Positions 55,745 through 64,000 of a stretch of DNA of 64,000 nt are shown one piece after another (position 1 is the stretch's first letter; each line of letters begins with the position of its first letter). The notes under the pieces were generated by a model. The model made no database searches. It had not been told where the DNA came from and saw only the letters and a list, made by a program, of their open reading frames with translations. Made by a program: the position numbers and the translations under genes. Source of the stretch: Octopus vulgaris (Eukaryota). The stretch lies in NCBI GenBank assembly GCA_951406725.2, contig OX597828.1, positions 67,146,001-67,210,000 on the forward strand, in the 5' to 3' direction.

Positions 55745-56075
55745 ATACATACATACAAACATACATACATACATACATACATAGATACATGCATGCATGC
55801 ATACATACATACATACATACATACATACATACATGCATGCATGCATACATACATAATACATACATGCATGCATGCATGCATACATACATACATACATGCA
55901 TGCATGCATGCATACATACATACATGTATACATACATACATACATGCATGCATGCATACATACATACATACATACATACATACATACATACACACATACA
56001 TACATACATACATACATACATACATACATACATACATACATACATACATACATACATACATACGTACATACATAC
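55745..56075. repeat. (TACA)n/(TGCA) tetranucleotide microsatellite
   Basis: Directly visible. Confidence 0.95.
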
Positions 56076-56084
56076 TGACTGGAA

Positions 56085-57015
56085 CTTCTGGTCAGCAGAG
56101 TGCTGTTTCATCATCTGAACGCAGATAGCTTTTCCGCCCAGCTTTCGTTCTGAAGGAGCGTTCACTGACGTGACACTCAATTTTCTTTTCAGTACAAACG
56201 TACAGCAGTCCCCGTAGTAGTTGAACCATCTCACAAGCATCTCGGTTTCTCCCTGGTTCATGTGACTTTAGATGCCAGACAAATCCAGCTCTGGAGAGAA
56301 GTAATCGTCCAAACGCATTGCACTTCAATAGCTGCTGGGTTTCTGTTTCGGTAGACACTGCACTTGGGTCTCGCTTATTGAGTGAACGCTTCAAAGTAGC
56401 AAACTCCATTCGCCTTTGTACCTCTACATAATAGTCTTTCTCTGTAATATACGTCTTTCTACCAATATCTTCCAGCTCAACTAGATATCCATATCTGCAT
56501 GTATATAAAGTGTGGCGAGTTTACATGATGGCTGCCCCCTCGTTATCGAGTATGACCATTACACGAAGCTTAACTGTTATTGGTGCTGTGATCGAATGCG
56601 ACTTTTTAGCCCAGCTAAAGATCTACAATGTCTTGTACAGAATTGGCAATTAATACCTTTACCGGCAATAGCCGGCTGTAGTTGTAACTGGGCTTCGTGT
56701 ACCTTTGCATGTCGTTTAAGTCCTCCCTTCTACATACCTGGCAGATAGGATTACTATGGTGTGTAACACCACCACCAGTGGCCAGGTTGTCACTCATCTG
56801 TCTCGCTTTATGACTACTAAGATGACTCTTGAGTCCAGCTTTACTGAGGCAGGGTCTTGCACAGACACTGCATGTCAGCATCATAGGAAGTACTCTTCCC
56901 ATCTGGAAGTGTAACAGCGATGCCCTTCCTGACATCCCTCCTTACATTCTCATGCGCAACTCGAGATTTCTCAAAAGTAGCTGTTCCCTCGCGCACAATC
57001 CTTTTCCACCTGCTA
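56085..57015 (-). mobile_element. RTE-type LINE 3' ends with tandem C2H2 zinc-finger remnants
   Basis: LLSRAGFVWHLKSH, CSVCARPCLSKAGLKSHLSSH and RWKRIVREGTATFE in minus-strand ORFs. Confidence 0.7.
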
Positions 57016-57214
57016 TGCACACATACATGCATGCATACATGCACTCATACATGCATACATACATACATACATACATACATACACACATACTTACATACGT
57101 ACTTACATACATACATACTTACGTACATACATACATACATACATACATACATACATACATACATACATACATACATACATACATACATACATGATTATGA
57201 TGACAGTAGCAGCA

Positions 57215-57805
57215 GTGACCGTGCATGAGGTTACTGCAGCTGCGGGCTTCATGCTTGCCGTCGCGCCCTCCAAATCAACCGGGCATCTGAAAGTCGCCTG
57301 ACCAGCAATTGGAAAGCCTAAAATTTTAGACCCAATAAGGTTTGCACAGCAACTCTAAGATCCTCTTCAGCTTATTGACTTGATCCAGACACAAGTTAAG
57401 GCAAGATAACCGGTGCCAATATGGGTTGTAAGCACATGAATGTGGGAACGCCGTGAATCTCAAGTGCAAGTAAAATATTCCCAAAATGTTCAATGCCATT
57501 CCCTGCATATGTGGTTTTAGATCAGAGTGACCTTTCTCTAAGGCATGCTTCAACAAAAGCAGGTCGGACATCGACCCAGGGTTTCTGAAGGCTTGTGCTA
57601 TTGCTAGATAGTCGTTGACCTAACATTACGTTCATCCGTCCTTGTGACAGGCATTGCTTTTAGTCCGGCTAGATTTCTAGCGACCCTCTGCACCAGGTAA
57701 CCCTAATGTTGTTACTGGTTTAGTCGCCGACGACCCGACCATACAACAGGTTGTACTGGATTCCATGTAACCTGTAACATTCATGAGAGACCTCACAGGT
57801 AACTT
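57215..57805 (-). mobile_element. Possible decayed RLE-type (R2-like) LINE C-terminus
   Basis: Weak CCHC-knuckle-like (TLG-YLVQR..CH) and PD-like remnants only. Confidence 0.3.
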
Positions 57806-57895
57806 GACACATCCATCCATCCATCTATCTATATACACGCACACACGCACGCACACCCACACATGCACGCACACACATGCATTTCGTATACACTT

Positions 57896-57948
<53 letters not shown>

Positions 57949-58017
57949 TGTGACCGTGTGTGTATCGTTGGCAATTTTCTTTCTCTGTCTTCTCTTCCTT
58001 GGACCTTTCCTTCTTCT

Positions 58018-58056
58018 ATGTTTCTGACGAAGAGCTCCGCTCGAAACGTTAAATTC
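58018..58056 (+). ncRNA. Minimal type I hammerhead motif (C3-G8) in a TA-flanked PLE terminus (~57950-58152)
   Basis: CTGACGA-a-gagc-tcc-gctc-GAAA-cgTTA; palindromic stem III aacgtt; stem I partly mismatched. Confidence 0.7.
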
Positions 58057-58163
58057 TCCTTCTTTCTTTCCTTTCCTGAGCGTCCAATAACACTATACTT
58101 GTTCCACGTCCTCGGGTTCTTGTGTTTTCTCTTTGTTCATGTTTGGAGTAACTATATATATAT

Positions 58164-58623
58164 ATAGTTATCGCCATACTAATATGGCATTCTTATAAAA
58201 ATAAGAAAAAAGCTGTCCGCTTATTAGCTCCATGAGGCCATCGCCTTAAGTTACCTATTTGATACACAAACTGTATCCATATAACCTTCGAACAAGGGAG
58301 GTCAGTCGCTCCACACTACTTGACCGGCAGCTACAGACGCGTTTCGGAGTATTGCCCCTTTTCAATAAAACCATCGAACAGAGATTGTCGGAAGCGACAC
58401 CTACTGGCTGGCTACGCTGCATTGAAAAGGGGCAATACTCCGAAACGCGTCTGTAGCTACCGGTCAAGTAGTGTGGAGCGACTGACCTCCCTTGTTCGAA
58501 GGTTATATGGATACAGTTTGTGTATCAAATAGCTAACTTAAGGCGATGGCCTCATGGAGCTAATAAGCGGACAACTTTTTTCTTATTTTTATAAGAATGC
58601 CATATTAGTATGGCGATAACTAT
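58164..58623. repeat. 203-bp-arm inverted repeat (inverted PLE termini) between (TA)n tracts
   Basis: Arms 58164-58366 and 58421-58623, three mismatches seen; 54-nt spacer. Confidence 0.97.
58416..58457 (+). ncRNA. Minimal type I hammerhead ribozyme, U3-A8 variant
   Basis: gctgca-TTGAAAA-gggg-caata-ctcc-GAAA-cgcG-TC-tgtagc; 6-bp stem I, palindromic stem III acgcgt, GUC triplet. Confidence 0.78.
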
Positions 58624-58683
58624 TATTTTCCGGGAACGCTGCCGCTGTTCTCTTTTAGAGAGACTTAGTTATTTTAATATTTC

Positions 58684-58765
<82 letters not shown>

Positions 58766-59344
58766 TATTTGTGTCACAATGAAAATTATAAATTTGAACT
58801 CGGACGTATATATGTGCATCTGTGGATCTTAATGTCGTGTAAACAGAATGCTTTTATTTCATATTTCGTATGTATATGCAGATATTTAACACTTTGCATG
58901 GTATTGTAGTACTATTGTGACTATATTGCTAATAATGGAATCTATGTATTGTTTTTCTAGTATTAGCGTTATTAATAATAATATGAATGATGATATTGGT
59001 AGCATTAGTGGTAATGACAATGATAATGATGCTAACATTAATGACATTTTGGAAATTAATAAGAATTAATATAATGTACTCTTGACTCTGTATATCTGCA
59101 TTTAGGTATTAATATGTGTATGTTTTTCTACATTGTAATTATCACAATATTAAGTTGATAAACTGTAACATTGAATGTGGAACATATGTATGTTTATTGA
59201 TTTATATTATTTATATCATTATGTATATGTATATTTATATGTATAGGAGTATGAGTATATGCATTCATATGTATATGTATATGTTTTATTATGGGTATGT
59301 ACCCACACCTATAAGACTGTATGTAATCTGATTTGTATCACATA

Positions 59345-59471
59345 ATCTCCGAAGAGGCCTTAGGATATTTTTGTAAATGTCTCATTTATAACTCCATATT
59401 GACCTACCATAAATGGCTAATATAAGTAAAATGAGACATACTTATCTGCATGGCCGAAACAGCTGTAAGAT
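59345..59471 (+). ncRNA. Type I hammerhead motif with long stem II insertion
   Basis: atct-CCGAAGA-ggcc-(92 nt including atgtctcattt/aaatgagacat)-ggcc-GAAAC-agct-GTA-agat. Confidence 0.68.
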
Positions 59472-59880
59472 GTAGTCTATATTTATATTTATATTTACTT
59501 ATATTTATATTCTCTTATACATATTGTACTTATTGTATCATATTACTCCTTTATGTACACTGTTTTGTTCTACATTATTATGTTTCACCTTATAGTTTCT
59601 TATGTGGTGGTTTAATAAAGTATGTGATTGGGTATTATCTGGTAATTGATATTTGATTTCGATGTATTTCTCTATTTTCTTATTTTGTATTATGAATTTT
59701 TGGTAAAACATTTTACCTTTGCCCATATGATACAGTAAATGAATTAATTGCATCGCAATTCTTAACATTTATGTATTAACTTTGTTGGGTACTTCACTAG
59801 CAGTATATTGGATATATGTTATCCCATGGAGGGTTGCATTTACAACCCCTATCTCAATTTGTAACTATATATATATATGA

Positions 59881-59914
<34 letters not shown>

Positions 59915-59992
59915 AGAGAGAGAGAAAGAGAGAGGGAGAGAGGGAGGTAGACAGATAGGCAGATAGATAGATAGATTAAAATATTTATTCAT

Positions 59993-60037
<45 letters not shown>

Positions 60038-60039
60038 TT

Positions 60040-60797
<758 letters not shown>

Positions 60798-60881
60798 CAG
60801 ATAGAGATAGAGATAGAATTATATATAAAATATGTATTTATACGCGCATATAAGCATATATATATATATATATATATATAT

Positions 60882-61279
60882 AGGCGCAGGAGTGGCTGTG
60901 TGGTAAGTAGCTTGCTAACCAACCACATGGTTCCGGGTTCAGTCCCACTGCGTGGCATCTTGGGCAAGTGTCTTCTGCTATAGCCCCGGGCCGACCAATG
61001 CCTTGTGAGTGGATTTGGTAGACGGAAACTGAAAGAAGCCTGTCGTATATATGTATATATATATGTGTGTGTTTGTGTGTTTGTCCCCCTAGCATTGCTT
61101 GACAACCGATGCTGGTGTATTTACGTCCCCGTCACTTAGCGGTTCCGCAAAAGAGACCGATAGAATAAGTACTGGGCTTACAAAAAAGAATAAGTCCCGG
61201 GGTCGATTTGCTCGACTAAAGGCGGTGCTCCAGCATGGCCGCAGTCAAATGACTGAAACAAGTAAAAGAGTAAAAGAGT
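60882..61279 (+). mobile_element. SINE family C, full length
   Basis: tRNA-like head aggcgcaggagtggctgtgtgg...gggttcagtccc, CORE-like cttgggcaagtgtctt, internal TA/TG tract, (GTAAAAGA) tail. Confidence 0.92.
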
Positions 61280-61312
61280 ATATATGCATGTGCGTATACA
61301 TATATACATATA

Positions 61313-61398
<86 letters not shown>

Positions 61399-61694
61399 CA
61401 TATATATACATACAGACACACACATGCATGCACATGCGCACTCATACACACAAATAAAGTTAGCGATGTATTATTTGGCAAACGAACAGACACATCAGTC
61501 GTATAGATGTGTCGTATCAAATACGAAATATATTTACTTCCACCTTTGATAAACATTCAGCTGTGTATTGAAACAACTGTTGTCAGGTATTAAAATCGTT
61601 AATGAAAGAATTATTGACTCTCTACGTGTAAGTCTATTGAGGAATATAGTGAGAGGTGTAGGGCCCCGACACTGTATCAGTTGTTAGTAGATAT

Positions 61695-62352
61695 TGTGTG
61701 TGAGTGTGTGAGTGAGTGAGTGAGTGAGTGAGTGAGTGAGTGAGTGAGTGAGTGAGTGAGTGAGTGAGAAAGTGAGTGAGTGAGTGAGTGAGAAAGTGAG
61801 TGAGTGAGTGAGTGAGTGAATGAGTGAGTGAGTGAGTGAGTGAGAGACTGAGTGAGTGAGTGAGTGAGTGAATGAGTGTGTATGTGTGTGAGTGAGTGAG
61901 TGAGTGAGAAAGTGAGTGAGTGAGTGAGTGAGTGAGTGAGTGAGAGAGTGAGTGAGTGAGTGAGTGTGTGAGTGAGTGAGTGTGTGAGTGAGTGAGTGAG
62001 TGTGAGAGTGAGTGAGTGTGTGAGTGAGAAAGTGAGTGAGTGAGCGAGTGAGAAAGTGAGTGAGTGAGTGAGTGAGTGAGTGAGTGAGTGAGTGAGTGAG
62101 TGAGTGAGTGAGCGAGTGAGAAAGTGAGTGAGTGAGTGACAGAGTGAGTGAGTGAGTGAGTGAGTAAGGGAGTGAGTGAGTGACAGAGTGAGTGAGTGAG
62201 TGAGTGAGAAAGTGAGTGAGTGAGTGAGAGTGAGTGAGTGAGTGAGTGAGTGAGTGAGTGAGTGTGTGAGTGAAGAGTGTGTATGTGTGTGAGTGAGTGA
62301 GTGAGTGAGTGAGTGAGTGAGTGAGAGAGTGAGTGAGTGAGAGAGTGAGTGA
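61695..62352. repeat. (GAGT)n microsatellite, ~650 bp
   Basis: Directly visible. Confidence 0.95.
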
Positions 62353-62374
62353 ATATGCTCGCGATATTTTGTCA

Positions 62375-62593
62375 TTTACTCGTTTCAGTCATTTGAACTG
62401 CGGCCATACTGGGGCACCGCCCTCAAGGGTTTAGTAGAAAAGGAAAACCATTCGACCCCAGTATTTATTAAGTATGGTAACGATTCTACCGTTCTCTTTT
62501 GCAGAACCGTTAAGTTACGGGGACGTAAACAAACCAACATCAAATTTCAATCGGTGGTGGGAGAGGCACATTCACAAACACACCCCCCCATCA

Positions 62594-62668
<75 letters not shown>

Positions 62669-63500
62669 TGTATGTATGTATGGAAGTATGTATGTATGTA
62701 TGTATGTATGGAAGTATGTATGTATGTATGTACGTATGTATGTATGTACGTATGTATGTATGTAGGTATGTATGTATATATGTATGTATGTATGTATGTA
62801 TGCATCTAAGTATGTATGTATGTATGTATGTATGTATGTATGTATGTATGTACGACGGGCTTCTTTCAGTATCCATCAGACAAATCTACTCACAAAACTT
62901 TGGTGAATTTGGGGCTATAGTAGAAGACACTTACCCAGGGTGGCGCGCAGTGGGACTGAACCAAACACCATGTGGTTAGGAAGCAAGCAATGCCAGCACC
63001 GAGCAATATTCTTACCACAAAGACGGTCAGAAAAATGAAGAAAGTGTTTCTCAGTTCAAATCCTACCACGGTCAAAACTGCTTTTATTAATTAAAAGAGA
63101 AACAAATAAACAAACAAACAAAATATGCCAATCACTGATGGGTGATTAGAGTTTAGGGTATGATACCTTGCGATCTTTTACAGGTTATTTACCTAATGAT
63201 AGCAGCAACTTCGATAACACTGGTGCCAATCTGTAGTGGTCCAAGTTCGTGGGCCTTTGACTTGGATATACTTCAGTAGTATGGAGCGGAGAGGGAAGAC
63301 ATGCACAAACACACATAATATACATACATACATACATACATACACACACACACATGTATACTCTTTTACTCTTTTACTTGTTTCAGTCATTGACTGCGGC
63401 CATGCTGGAGCACCGCCTTTAGTCGAGCAAATCAACCCCGGGACTTATTCTTTGTAAGCCCAGTACTTATTCTATCGGTCTCTTTTGCCGAACCGCTAAG
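62375..63500 (-). mobile_element. SINE family C copies (62375-62990 and 63360-63500)
   Basis: Reverse-complement matches to 60882-61279. Confidence 0.78.
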
Positions 63501-64000
63501 TATATATATATATATATATATATACATACATATATATATATACAATATAAATATATATATATATATATAATGTGTATATCTACACATATATATATGCATA
63601 TATATTATATATATATATATATTTTATATATATATATATGCATATACATACGTGCGTATATACATATATGCATATACATACGTGCGTATATACATACATG
63701 CATATACATACATGCATATACATACATGCGTATATACATATACATATACACATTATATATATATATTCATAGGTAACAAGCAAGATTGCATAAGTCTGCA
63801 CATACATGCATAATATGTGTATGTGTGTCTGTGTGGGTCTGTGTGTATGTTTGTGTGTGTATTTGTAATATGTATGTGTGTGTGTGTATATTTATATATA
63901 CATATATATATACACATATTTACACACAAATATTTATATATATATATATATATACATACGTACAATATATGTGTGTGTCTATATATATGCACGTGCCCGT

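Overview
AT-rich, repeat-saturated eukaryotic DNA with no host protein-coding exon I can support. The tRNA-derived SINE families, RTE LINEs and microsatellite load strongly suggest a coleoid cephalopod (Octopus-like) intron or intergenic region; this assignment is inferred from repeat content only. Almost all ORFs in the supplied track are microsatellite artefacts. Real content: decayed RTE LINEs, R4/Dong-like and Tx1-like LINE fragments, Tc1/mariner relics of three subgroups, a Gypsy integrase relic, two non-autonomous Helitrons, MITEs carrying TTAGGG repeats, three SINE families and many Penelope-like (PLE) termini next to (TA)n tracts. The most interesting signal is a set of at least five sequence-unrelated minimal type I hammerhead ribozyme motifs. 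The catalytic 3-8 pair covaries across them (C-G, U-A, G-C), and two sit at the apex of long near-perfect inverted repeats. Other notable items: a head-to-tail 184-bp SINE multimer with a recurrent junction, an approximately 80-bp direct repeat around an RTE, a 70-bp rod-folding tandem repeat and a SECIS-like hairpin in a PLE-type direct repeat. All alignments and folds were done by eye; ribozyme activity is untested.
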